Assembly (NCBI RefSeq): GCF_945277285.1 | Contig: NZ_CALYPR010000002.1 | Span: forward strand, 69,214 to 133,213 | DNA: 64,000 nucleotides | DNA from: an uncultured Bartonella sp. | GTDB lineage: Bacteria; Pseudomonadota; Alphaproteobacteria; Rhizobiales; Rhizobiaceae | Reading direction: 5' to 3' | Notes under the pieces: model-generated | Told to the model about the DNA's origin: nothing | What the model saw: the letters and a program-made list of their open reading frames with translations, nothing else | Database searches by the model: none | Shown here: positions 37,513-46,431 of the stretch, one piece after another | Position numbering within the stretch: the first letter of the stretch is position 1 | Layout of the letters: each line of letters starts with the position of its first letter | Position numbers and translations under genes: made by a program

Positions 37513-38301
37513 CTATTGAAGCTTCAAGAGTTTACGCAATTTGTCAGCCGGAAGATGGGCGCGAAAGCCCGCTGCATCGGGTGAAAAAGACGCCGATGAA
37601 GCAAGATTTCCGGTAACGACAGGCTCGCACCCCGTTTCGCTGACAAGTTTTTCCACCACCTGCAAGGCGGCCTCGTCATCACTGGCCATCGGCATGCCGA
37701 CAGCTTCACGTTGGTGGTTGAAACAAGCTTCCACCACAGTGGCATCAACGGCAGAAAATGCCCGCACAAGGCGCGTATCCGGCAAATATTTTTTAACCGT
37801 TTCGGCAACGCCATTTTTGCGTGCTTCACCAGTTAGCGGGTCAGAACCACCGGATAGAGGCGGGTTTGTCGCATCAATAACAATTTTGCCTTTCAGTTCT
37901 TGCGCACAATCCTTGCCAATTTGCGGCAAAGCCTGAAATGGCACAGAGACAAGCACAACATCGCCAAAAGCGGCGGCTTCTTTCGGGGTGCCAATCAAAG
38001 CATTTTTTCCAAGCGGGGCGACAAGTTTTTTTAACGCTTCCGGATGGCGGGACGAAAACATTACATTGTGTCCGGCTTTGGCAAGACAACTGCCCACCGT
38101 GCCACCAAGCCAGCCGGCGCCAATCACACCGATTTTTAAAGCTTTTGCATCGGTTGTGCTTTTTTCATCGGCAGAACTTTTTGTAGCTCCCGCGGTTTCA
38201 TTATGCTGCGGCGTTTGGGAAAAGGCCGGATAGGCACCGAAAGCTGTGTCGGCGGAAAATAGAATTGCAGATTTTAACAAGCTACGACGGGAAATTGTCA
38301 T
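37513..38301 (-). CDS. NADP oxidoreductase (F420-reductase/ProC-N-like Rossmann protein) with twin-arginine signal
   Basis: MTISRRSLLKSAILFSADTAFGAYPAFS (S-R-R-x-L-L-K Tat motif), a Ser/Thr/Lys-rich linker, then IGVIGAGWLGGTVG Rossmann fold. Confidence 0.75.
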   Translation of the reverse strand: MTISRRSLLKSAILFSADTAFGAYPAFSQTPQHNETAGATKSSADEKSTTDAKALKIGVIGAGWLGGTVGSCLAKAGHNVMFSSRHPEALKKLVAPLGKNALIGTPKEAAAFGDVVLVSVPFQALPQIGKDCAQELKGKIVIDATNPPLSGGSDPLTGEARKNGVAETVKKYLPDTRLVRAFSAVDATVVEACFNHQREAVGMPMASDDEAALQVVEKLVSETGCEPVVTGNLASSASFSPDAAGFRAHLPADKLRKLLKLQ

Positions 38302-38316
38302 AAAAACCTCGCTGTT

Positions 38317-39336
38317 TTAAATGGGAAAAGCTTTGTCAAGCTTTTCAAGATCATCCTCGTCAAGGTGAAGGCCAAGGGCTGCCGCATTTTCACGCATATG
38401 GTTAGCCTGCCCTGTTTGCGGGATGGAAATGGTAAAATTGTTGCGCATTGTCCAGAAAATCGCCACAGCCGCCGCACTGACGGCATGTTTTTTGGCAATC
38501 TCTTGCAAAGTTGCGTTTTGTAAAAGGCCGCCTTTTCCAGAACCAAGCGGCGAATAGGCCATGATCGGCATAGCGTTTTTAATTGACCATGGCATAAGGT
38601 CGCGTTCAATCTGGCGGTCAAGAAGTGAATATTCCACCTGATTGGTGGCACATTTTTCGCCATTTGGAATGGCAAACAGATCTTCCATATCGGCAACAGA
38701 AAAATTCGACACGCCCCAATCGGTAAACGCCCCTTCGGCTTTGAGTTCCTCGAACGTGTCAACAACGGTTTTGAGGTTGGAAATACCACCACGCCAATGC
38801 AGAAGATAAAGATCCATTTTTGCAATGCCAAGCCGTGCCAGACTGTTTTGACAGGCGGTGCGGATGTCATTGGCATTGCCCGCATGCGCCGGCATGATTT
38901 TTGAAACAATATAGGTTTTGTTGCGGCGGCCGGCGATAATGCGGCCCACCATTTCTTCAGCAAGGCCGGAGCCATAAAGCTCGGCTGTATCAATCAGCTT
39001 CATGCCCAGATCAAGACCGGTTTGAAGTGCTTCTTCTTCCTGTTCTATTGGCCGCACACCTTGCGCGAGTTTCCATGTGCCCATGCCCAGTGCGGGAATG
39101 AGATTTCCGGTTTTCAACTTTATTAAGGGGTTTTGTGCCGGCTTGTTAGGCGCTATTTTATCTGGCGCTGTTTTATCTGCTGTTGTCTTGTTTGGCACTG
39201 CGTTGTTTGTTGCTGCTTTGTCTGGTGCGGCACTATTTTGTGGTGTGGTGGTTTGGCTTGCCAACGCATTTTGGCAAACAAGCAAACCGGCACCACAGCC
39301 AACAGCAAATTGGCGACGTGTGATATTCATTCCCAT
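38317..39336 (-). CDS. aldo/keto reductase with twin-arginine signal and P-[DN]-K repeat linker
   Basis: Start at ATG 39336 (GAGGAAAG upstream). MGMNITRRQFAVGCGAGLLVCQNALA Tat-type signal, then linker APDKAATNNAVPNKTTADKTAPDKIAPNKP. AKR core motifs LIDTAELYG, DLYLLHW and SPLG. Confidence 0.85.
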   Translation of the reverse strand: MGMNITRRQFAVGCGAGLLVCQNALASQTTTPQNSAAPDKAATNNAVPNKTTADKTAPDKIAPNKPAQNPLIKLKTGNLIPALGMGTWKLAQGVRPIEQEEEALQTGLDLGMKLIDTAELYGSGLAEEMVGRIIAGRRNKTYIVSKIMPAHAGNANDIRTACQNSLARLGIAKMDLYLLHWRGGISNLKTVVDTFEELKAEGAFTDWGVSNFSVADMEDLFAIPNGEKCATNQVEYSLLDRQIERDLMPWSIKNAMPIMAYSPLGSGKGGLLQNATLQEIAKKHAVSAAAVAIFWTMRNNFTISIPQTGQANHMRENAAALGLHLDEDDLEKLDKAFPI

Positions 39337-39617
39337 GTCTTTCCTCGATCTGTTAATAAAAATATAGTTTAATGATAACAGATGGGGTAGGGCAGTTCCA
39401 TTCATCATTGAAATGAATAAAAATCACCAATAGCGGAAACAAAGCCAAGAAAACCGGTGTTCAGAAAAAATATCAGTTGTGGCAAACTGGCTGATCACTG
39501 CTGCAATGATAAGTCGCTATTAAAAACAGCACATGACGGCTAATAAAATACAATTTTGTATGAAAAAGCGGCAGAAGACAGCGCATTCCGGCCGCTTTTT
39601 TCGCTGAATTGATGTGG

Positions 39618-40499
39618 TTACTTGCATATTGCTTTAACTTCGGCCCAAAAGGCAATATTCTCGCCGACAGATTGTAGCCCCGGAAACAGAAACTGTTTGT
39701 TCACGCCGTAATTAAAAAGTTTTCTTAAGATTTCTGTTTTTATTTTAGCAGGAATGATGATTTTTTTAAGCGTTAAGTCGCGATTGAGTGTGGAAGTGAT
39801 ATCGCCCCGTTGATCAATCGATTTATATTTTCCCTCTTCGGTTGCTTCCCATTTTTGAAGTGTAAAAACCGATTTTTGCATAAAAATTCGTTGGTCGACA
39901 ATTGGTGGCAATATGCCGCCAATTTTAACGCTATCTAAATCCTTAAAAATTTGATTCCTTTTAGTATCATTAATATCAAAATAGAGTTTTGACCGTAGCG
40001 TTCGCATCTGATTTATACAAAAGACAGCGGCATCTGTTGCGGTCTGTTTGTCGGTTTTTGTTGAACCCTTCCGGTTTTTCCGGTCTTCCACCCAGGCATT
40101 TTGTACCGCAAAAAACAGCGCCACTAGTGGGTCGCGGCTCCAGTCGAGAAGCCGTGTCGGCACACCATAATGCTGGGCAATAATCCTGTCAGCAATAAAA
40201 CCGCGTTTGGCATTTTGGAGATAAGGCATGCCTTCTGCAAAAAAGCGTTCCACCATTTCTTCTTCACAACGCGTATATCGGCTGTCATTATCTTCCTCAG
40301 GTTCTTTTTTGATAAACGGAGGATTGCGATAAAGCTTCGGGGTGAGCAACCATTTTGCACTGGATTGTCCCCTGAAAAAATGAGCTTTCCCTTCGGTTAT
40401 AGTTTCAATAAGATTGAAATAGGCGTTTAATGTTGGTTTTTTTAAAGTAACTCTTTTTATTTTCATTTTAAAAAATCCGGTCAATATATTCAGATTCAT
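39618..40499 (-). CDS. FRG-domain protein
   Basis: 293 aa (or 282 aa from MKIKRV..). Contains the FRG signature ..KAHFFRGQSSAKWLLTPKLYR.. and ..IAQHYGVPTRLLDWSRDPLVALFFA... The C-terminal 130 aa are unassigned. Confidence 0.75.
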   Translation of the reverse strand: MNLNILTGFFKMKIKRVTLKKPTLNAYFNLIETITEGKAHFFRGQSSAKWLLTPKLYRNPPFIKKEPEEDNDSRYTRCEEEMVERFFAEGMPYLQNAKRGFIADRIIAQHYGVPTRLLDWSRDPLVALFFAVQNAWVEDRKNRKGSTKTDKQTATDAAVFCINQMRTLRSKLYFDINDTKRNQIFKDLDSVKIGGILPPIVDQRIFMQKSVFTLQKWEATEEGKYKSIDQRGDITSTLNRDLTLKKIIIPAKIKTEILRKLFNYGVNKQFLFPGLQSVGENIAFWAEVKAICK

Positions 40500-40673
40500 A
40501 AAATGACATGTTTTTCTTGTCTATCGAAAAGGAAATAGGCTTAAACTCTTTGATCGGCAGCATGAACGAAAAGTTTATAAGCAAAAAAGAGCTGCTATTT
40601 GCGGGCGGGGAGAAAAAAGCAGGCGGAAGGGTGCAAAACCCTGCCCAAACCGGCAAGCGACATTGTTCAAAAT

Positions 40674-40744
40674 ATAGCCGGATCTTATTTTGACTATTTA
40701 AAAAAAAGCTCACTTAACGCTTTTTAAAAAACTGGGCTAGCGGG
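40674..40744. repeat. AT-rich CRISPR-flank segment, copy C (decayed)
   Basis: ..TTTAAAAAAAAGCTCACTTAACGCTTTTTAAAAAACTGGGCT.. aligns with the A flank ..GAAAAAAATACCCACTTAACGCTTAAAAAACAAAGAGTTAAGTGGGTAT.., but the 3' arm of the hairpin is deleted. Confidence 0.55.
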
Positions 40745-40975
40745 CAGCAGGGCCATAAGGAAATGCGGACAAGCCACAACCTTGGATGTTCTTCTTCGTC
40801 GGGCGAAGATGGTGGCGCATAAAAATTGCGGTCAAGCCGCAACTAAATGTTTGGGTAAAGCAATGTCGCCAGTGGTGTAGCAGATTAGAAAATGCGGTCA
40901 AGCCGCAACATGGCGTTCGTTATGGAGCAAAGCTTCATAGTTGCAGCATATTAGAAAATGCGCTCACACCGCAAC
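40745..40975 (-). CRISPR. CRISPR array C: 4 repeats (3 mutated), 3 spacers of 30 bp
   Basis: C1 40745-40780 (3' half ..GGAAATGCGGACAAGCCACAAC conserved). C2 40811-40843 (GGTGGCGCATAAAAATTGCGGTCAAGCCGCAAC, 3-bp shorter). C3 40874-40909 (GGTGTAGCAGATTAGAAAATGCGGTCAAGCCGCAAC). C4 40940-40975 (GTTGCAGCATATTAGAAAATGCGCTCACACCGCAAC). Spacing is exactly 30 bp. Confidence 0.8.
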
Positions 40976-41217
40976 ACATCCATGGTTTAGGTTGGCCGTT
41001 GATTTTACCTTTAAATTTTGCCATATCACCAATAGACACCGAGCCAAACGGAGCGCCACCCTTGCGGTGTTGGGGAATTTCCGACCCAACGGTGTCATTG
41101 GAATTTTTCCACGGTTTTGGGCTTTATCAAAATTTTCCTGCATTGTTCGCCGTTGTTGCGCGTTAAAAAATGCGCGCTAACGGCACATTTTATCGGCGTG
41201 TTTTAGATGTTGAAAAT

Positions 41218-42045
41218 CTACCAGAGTTTTGCGTGGCGGTTGATGTCTTTATAAAGCAAATACCGGAACGGTTCAGGGCCACCGGCATAGCAGGCTTGCG
41301 GGCAAAAAGCGCGCAACCACATAAAGTCGCCTTTTTCCACCTCGACCCAGTCATCATTCAAACGATAGACTCCTTTGCCCTGCAGCACATAAAGCCCGTG
41401 TTCCATGACATGTGTTTCCATAAACGGGATGTGCGCCCCAGGCATAAAGGTGACAATGGCGATATTCATGTCGTGGCGCATATCGGCCATATCCATAAAG
41501 CGCGTTGTCAGCCACACGCCTTCATGGCCGGTCATGGTCGTCGCCTCTATCGTTGCGTCGGAAGTAAAAATAGGCTCTGGTTTTTCCAGGCCTTCCACCG
41601 CTTCATAGGCTTTGCGGATCCAGTGGAAGCGCGCGGTTGTTTTTTCTGTGTTTTTCAGTTCGAATTTTGCACCGGCCGGAAGATAGGCAAAACCGCCTTT
41701 TTCAAGGCGGTATTCTTTGCCGCTAAGAGTAATGGTGAGACACCCGTCGGTTACAAAAAAAGCGCCTTCAACACGTTGGTCGCATTCCGGCCTTTTACTG
41801 CCACCGCCAGCGCCAATTTCGCCAATATATTGCGAAAATGTTTCGGAAAAGCCGCTCATCGGGCGGGCAAGCACCCAGAAGCGCGATTTTTCAAAAAACG
41901 GCAATTGGCTGGTGACAATGTCGGTCATGACAGTTGCCGGCATAATCATATAGGCATTTTTGAAGGTTGCTTTGCTTGTGAGAAGCTGCGAGCGCGGCTG
42001 CAGCCCGCCAGTTGGAAAATAATAATCTTTTTCACCCATTGCCAT
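41218..42045 (-). CDS. allE: (S)-ureidoglycine aminohydrolase (bicupin)
   Basis: 275 aa with two cupin barrels and family-typical N-terminus ..YYFPTGGLQPRSQLLTSKATFKNAYMIMP... Neighbourhood of purine-ring catabolism genes. Confidence 0.8.
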   Translation of the reverse strand: MAMGEKDYYFPTGGLQPRSQLLTSKATFKNAYMIMPATVMTDIVTSQLPFFEKSRFWVLARPMSGFSETFSQYIGEIGAGGGSKRPECDQRVEGAFFVTDGCLTITLSGKEYRLEKGGFAYLPAGAKFELKNTEKTTARFHWIRKAYEAVEGLEKPEPIFTSDATIEATTMTGHEGVWLTTRFMDMADMRHDMNIAIVTFMPGAHIPFMETHVMEHGLYVLQGKGVYRLNDDWVEVEKGDFMWLRAFCPQACYAGGPEPFRYLLYKDINRHAKLW

Positions 42046-42162
42046 TTCCTTTTATCCTATTTCTTTTGTCATGCCGATAAACAGTCTTGGTCATTTATGT
42101 CTTTCATTCACCGGTTTAAAAAGCGGTTTTCAACACCAATAAACGTTTTTCAGTTTGTTCTA

Positions 42163-43107
42163 TTATTCCTTTATTGATCGCACGTCCTGCATTTTGGCAA
42201 TGAGCACATGTTCAAATTGTTCCTGAACGGGTTTGAGCGGGCGGTTTACCCCATGAAGCAAAGTGAGTGTGCGGTTGGCCGAAGAGGTGACAAGCGGAAT
42301 AAACACCAATTGTTCACCAAACGGGTTTTCCGGCACATCGCCATCACATAACAGCGTTATATAGCGGCCAGTTGAAACAAGTTGCAGCATAAGGCTAACG
42401 CAATCACTCTCGACAATGGGTAAAGCGGTTACCGATATCGGGGCAAAGGCGGCAATCATTGACCTAAGTTTGGTACCGCGTGCGGCAAGAACCAGCGGAA
42501 AGCCGTTGATTTCTGCAAGATTGAGCTTTGCCTTGGTACCTAATGGATGGTCGGCACGCACCACCACACCAAGGCGGCATTTGACATGGGCGTCAACGAC
42601 AAAACGCGGGTTTTTTGCAACATCATAGGCAAGTGCCAGATCAGCCTTGCCTTCGCTTACCAAATTGGCAACAGCAGCAGAAGGCGCTGTCATCACATTG
42701 ATTTTGACAGCCGGATGGGCTTTTTGAAACAGGCTTATCGACGGGCACACAACAGTACCAATCAGGCTTTCTTCGCTGGCAATGGTAATGGTCTGGCGAA
42801 TAACGCCGCTTAAAGCGGTGATTTCGCCCATCATGCGCTCTTCATTGCGCATTGTTTCGCGAATATGGGCAAGCACCAGTTCGCCGGTTGAAGTGAGGTG
42901 CAAACCTTTCGGGCTGCGTTCAAAAACCGGTGTGCCGATTTCTTCTTCAAACAGCACAATTTGCCGCTGTACGGCAGAAGCGGCAACATTGAGCTTTTGT
43001 CCGGCCGCCCGAAACGAACCGGAGCGCGCCACTTCATCAAGATATTTCATCAAACGGTTGTGCACGATTGGCTTTGCCCCCGAAGACTTTGGTGGTGTCG
43101 AATTCAA
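42163..43107 (-). CDS. LysR-family transcriptional regulator
   Basis: N-terminal wHTH LMKYLDEVARSGSFRAAGQKLNVAASAVQRQI plus a LysR substrate-binding domain. Confidence 0.9.
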   Translation of the reverse strand: MNSTPPKSSGAKPIVHNRLMKYLDEVARSGSFRAAGQKLNVAASAVQRQIVLFEEEIGTPVFERSPKGLHLTSTGELVLAHIRETMRNEERMMGEITALSGVIRQTITIASEESLIGTVVCPSISLFQKAHPAVKINVMTAPSAAVANLVSEGKADLALAYDVAKNPRFVVDAHVKCRLGVVVRADHPLGTKAKLNLAEINGFPLVLAARGTKLRSMIAAFAPISVTALPIVESDCVSLMLQLVSTGRYITLLCDGDVPENPFGEQLVFIPLVTSSANRTLTLLHGVNRPLKPVQEQFEHVLIAKMQDVRSIKE

Positions 43108-43126
43108 ACCGGTTTTTTGCTACTTT

Positions 43127-43960
43127 CTAGCCTTTTTTGATGCTCCATGGAAAAAGAATGCGCTGGGCAATAATGACAAGCTGGAACAGCACAAGCGACA
43201 TCAAAGCCAGAACAAACAACCCCGCCCATGCTTGTGGAATTTTATAAATCGAGGTCGATAATTGCAGAAAAAAGCCGATGCCTTTGTCAGCCGAAACAAA
43301 CTCGGCAACAACAGCGCCGATAACACAAAGTGTGATGGAAATTTTCAATGCCGAAAATATATAGGGCACGGCATAGGGCAGGCGGATTTGCAAAATCTCG
43401 CGCCGTGCCGGGGCGCGCAGCGACTTTGACAGTTCGATCAGTTCGGGCGGTGTCGCCATCAGTCCGGTCGAGGTGGCAATAACAAGCGGAAAAAACGAAA
43501 TCAGAAACGTAATGAGAATGCGCGGAAAATCGCCCGAGCCAAAGGCAACAATGACAATCGGGGCAATGGCGACAACCGGTGTTGACTGAATGATGATGAG
43601 CAAGGGATAAAGTGTTCTGGATAAAATGGGCGAGCGTATAAGCATGACCGCCAGTGGCAAGGCAACAATAATCGATACGCAAAAGCCTGATAGTGCCACA
43701 CGCAACGTGGCCAGTATATGCTGTAGCCAGCGGTCGACGCTGATCACGCTGAAAGCTTTAAAAATGTCTATTGGCGAGGGCAGTAAAAACACAGGAATGG
43801 CAAACATAACACTTGCCAGTTGCCAAATGGCAAGCAGGCTCAGAATGGTCAACAGTGCCGGCAATCCGAAAAGATAGGACGACAGCCGCAGGGATTTTTT
43901 TGCCTTGTCAGGCCGACATTGGCGTGATGAGGAGGCTTCTGAGGGTGTGAGCGAAGTCAT
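43127..43960 (-). CDS. ABC transporter permease (NitT/TauT family)
   Basis: About 6 TM segments. The ORF runs to 44017, but the first ATG compatible with the upstream ATPase gene is at 43960 (MTSLTPSE..). Start is uncertain, with a 53-nt overlap with the ATPase 3' end. Confidence 0.8.
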   Translation of the reverse strand: MTSLTPSEASSSRQCRPDKAKKSLRLSSYLFGLPALLTILSLLAIWQLASVMFAIPVFLLPSPIDIFKAFSVISVDRWLQHILATLRVALSGFCVSIIVALPLAVMLIRSPILSRTLYPLLIIIQSTPVVAIAPIVIVAFGSGDFPRILITFLISFFPLVIATSTGLMATPPELIELSKSLRAPARREILQIRLPYAVPYIFSALKISITLCVIGAVVAEFVSADKGIGFFLQLSTSIYKIPQAWAGLFVLALMSLVLFQLVIIAQRILFPWSIKKG

Positions 43961-44699
43961 GGACCACCTTTTCGTTAGCAGTTTCGGGGGTGCGCGGCCG
44001 CCCGACCGGCACATCAAGTTCTGTTAAAACTGTGCCGGGGCGGCCGTTGAGTACAAGGACACGGTCGGCAAGCAAGGCTGCTTCATTGACCGAATGGGTA
44101 ATAAAAAGCACGGTTTTCGGACGATCGGCGAAAATGCGCAACAATTCAAACCCCATTTCATCGCGTGTGAGTGCGTCCAGTGCCGAAAACGGCTCGTCCA
44201 TCAACAAAATATCGGGGTCAAGATGTAAAGCCCGGGCAATGCCGACGCGCTGTTGCATGCCGCCCGACAATTCATCCGGCAGGCGCTTTTCAAACCCTTT
44301 AAGACCGATCATGCCGATAAGCTCGTGGGCTTTGTCGCGATCGGCCGAACTGACACGGCCGAATTTGTGTTTGATGGGAAAAGTAATATTGTCTTCGATA
44401 GAAAGCCACGGCAGCAATGTCGGGCGCTGAAACACGATGCCGACATCTTCGCGCGGTTCGACAACCGGCACGCCGAACACTTCGACTGTGCCTTGCGTTG
44501 GTGCCAACAGTCCGGCAATAAGCCTCAGCAGGGTCGATTTGCCACAACCGGAAGGGCCAAGCACGGCCAGAAATTCATGGTGGCGAACCTCAAACGAAAT
44601 ATTGCGCAATGCTTCGGTTGTTCCCGACGAGGTGGTAAATGTCTGGCTCAAATTGGTAAAACGGATGGAAGGGGGCGAAATGACTAAACCCGATTTCAT
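43908..44699 (-). CDS. ABC transporter ATP-binding protein (NitT/TauT family)
   Basis: Walker [12 protein letters not shown], signature [15 protein letters not shown], Walker [13 protein letters not shown]. Confidence 0.9.
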   Translation of the reverse strand: MKSGLVISPPSIRFTNLSQTFTTSSGTTEALRNISFEVRHHEFLAVLGPSGCGKSTLLRLIAGLLAPTQGTVEVFGVPVVEPREDVGIVFQRPTLLPWLSIEDNITFPIKHKFGRVSSADRDKAHELIGMIGLKGFEKRLPDELSGGMQQRVGIARALHLDPDILLMDEPFSALDALTRDEMGFELLRIFADRPKTVLFITHSVNEAALLADRVLVLNGRPGTVLTELDVPVGRPRTPETANEKVVHDFAHTLRSLLITPMSA

Positions 44700-45742
44700 A
44701 AATTTTCTCCCGAATTTTCATCAAAGCCCTTTTGGACAACACTGTCGGGCGCAATTGATTGTGGGTCAAGGCTCATAGCCTCGGCGGTTTTTTGCCACGT
44801 CAGTGTAAGTTTGTCGGCACGAAAGATACCAAAACCATATTGGTCGGTTTCTTTATTAAAAATAAGTTTGAGTGTGTCGTTAAGCGAGCCGGCAACACTT
44901 TGCCGGTCAAGCTCGGGCACGCTTTTTAAAACAGCATTGACCGCCTCTTGAGGATGCTCGTACATAAACATGATCGACCGGCGGTAGGCTGAAACAAAGC
45001 GGCGCAGGACATCGGGCTTTTTGGCAATAAAATCGTCAGAGGCTATGAGCGAACTGCCATAAAGATCAAGCCCCGATTTACCCCATGGAAAAACACGGAT
45101 GTCTTTATGCACCGCCTTTGCCTGATCTTCATAACGGCTATAGTCGGTGAGCCATGCAATGATCGCATCGGTATTGCCCGAAATCAGCATTGGTCCCAAA
45201 GCTCCCGGATCGACGCGTGTCAGTTTGATGTCGTCGCTTGAAATATCAAGACTTTTCAAAAACGGGGTTAAAAAAAGGTTGGAGGCGGTAAAAGGCGAGG
45301 TGGCAATGGATTTTCCTTTGACATCTTCAACCGAATGGATGGAACTGTCGGAAAGGACATAAAAAGCATGCGGTGTTTTATTGAAAATTGCCATCACTGC
45401 ACTCACCGGCACATGCGCACTGGCACGTGCTGCCATCAGCGCGGTAATGTCGGCAGCACCGACATTGCTCACACCTGATGCAATGCGGGTAATGGCATCA
45501 TTGCCGCCGCGCCCCGGCTCGATTGAAACATCAAGCCCTTCGGCTTTACAAAAACCGTTATTGATGCACACATAAATGGCAGCTTTGTCGCCGCCGGGCA
45601 GCCAGTCAAGCTGGAAGCGCACCTTGTCGCCACCTTCGGCAAAGGATGAACAACTGCCAGAAAAAACCGCGCAAAAAGCCGAAACGGCGTAAAAAGCTGA
45701 CAAAGCCGCAGGCCGTGTTTTCAAGCTTTTTTTGCGCATCAC
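44696..45742 (-). CDS. ABC transporter substrate-binding protein (NMT1/THI5-like)
   Basis: 348 aa with a signal peptide ..[17 protein letters not shown]. 4-nt overlap with the ATPase gene. Confidence 0.8.
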   Translation of the reverse strand: MMRKKSLKTRPAALSAFYAVSAFCAVFSGSCSSFAEGGDKVRFQLDWLPGGDKAAIYVCINNGFCKAEGLDVSIEPGRGGNDAITRIASGVSNVGAADITALMAARASAHVPVSAVMAIFNKTPHAFYVLSDSSIHSVEDVKGKSIATSPFTASNLFLTPFLKSLDISSDDIKLTRVDPGALGPMLISGNTDAIIAWLTDYSRYEDQAKAVHKDIRVFPWGKSGLDLYGSSLIASDDFIAKKPDVLRRFVSAYRRSIMFMYEHPQEAVNAVLKSVPELDRQSVAGSLNDTLKLIFNKETDQYGFGIFRADKLTLTWQKTAEAMSLDPQSIAPDSVVQKGFDENSGENL

Positions 45743-46337
45743 ATTCTCCTTTAGTAGGGGCTTTTTTAAAGAGAAACCGGCATTCGTCAGGCAAGCGCTG
45801 GTGAAATCCAGTCTCTTTCTTTAAGGTAAAGTATAATTGGGCGCCGATTATGCTGTCGGGTATTATCTTTTTTAAACAACAAACAAAGACAATCAGCATA
45901 AAAAGAGCAGCGCCAAGCAGGTATAAAGTCTAGAACAAGCATATTTCCTATCATCAACATCATCCTATTTTGCCGGATCAGAACAATTTCTTGGTTTTGT
46001 TTGACTTAAAAAAGAAAGCATCCTGATATTTTCGGCAGTTCCAAGATTTGCATGAAAAAAGCCGTTTAACAAGAGGACAAAAGCTATTTTTTAGGCGTTT
46101 TTATTTTATGCCTAAATTTTAATCATTTAACCCGCAGTGAGACACTGTTCTAAAAATAGCAAAGCAAAAACAAAAGTTTGAGAACGCGTGAATGGATTTA
46201 TTATGGGCACAGATTGCAGTTTATTTGAGCGTTCTAAAAAATAGGTCATTGCGTCCTAAATTCTCTTTTGTATGGACATGATTTTTCTTGTCGAAAAAGG
46301 CGGTTTTGCGCGGGCAGAATTGGTCACTGCGTGGCGA

Positions 46338-46371
46338 ATAAAAAACGCGCGCCTTAAGGGTGGGGCGCGCG
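46338..46371 (-). terminator. Rho-independent terminator after the flavoprotein gene
   Basis: CGCGCGCC-ttaagggtgg-GGCGCGCG, followed on the minus strand by TTTTTTATT. It lies about 60 nt after the stop at 46432. Confidence 0.7.
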
Positions 46372-46431
46372 CAAAACAATATTCATCCGGTGTTGTTTTA
46401 TTATCATTTCATAATTTATCGGCCTCGTTGT

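Noticed and set aside
38298-38993. 231-aa minus-strand ORF overlapping the aldo/keto reductase in another frame
   Set aside because: The AKR frame has a Tat signal and AKR motifs. The alternative frame is Arg/Pro/Cys-rich with no features.
40745-40843. Repeat C1 (GGAAATGCGGACAAGCCACAAC, 20/22 pairable with the minus-strand repeat 5' end) plus the small hairpin TCTTCG-tcggg-CGAAGA as a tracrRNA
   Set aside because: It is followed after exactly 30 bp by another repeat, so it behaves as an array member. No terminator or convincing promoter was seen. I cannot exclude it without RNA data.
41170-42177. 335-aa plus-strand ORF covering allE
   Set aside because: It is antisense to a bicupin gene with a strong family pattern. 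It is rich in Phe/Cys/His/Arg, as is typical of shadow frames.
45743-45900. TPP (THI-box) riboswitch upstream of the NMT1/THI5-like binding protein, suggested by CTGGATTTCACCAGCG on the minus strand
   Set aside because: Only the short P5-like hairpin resembles the THI element. The conserved CTGAGA and ACCTGA segments are absent.
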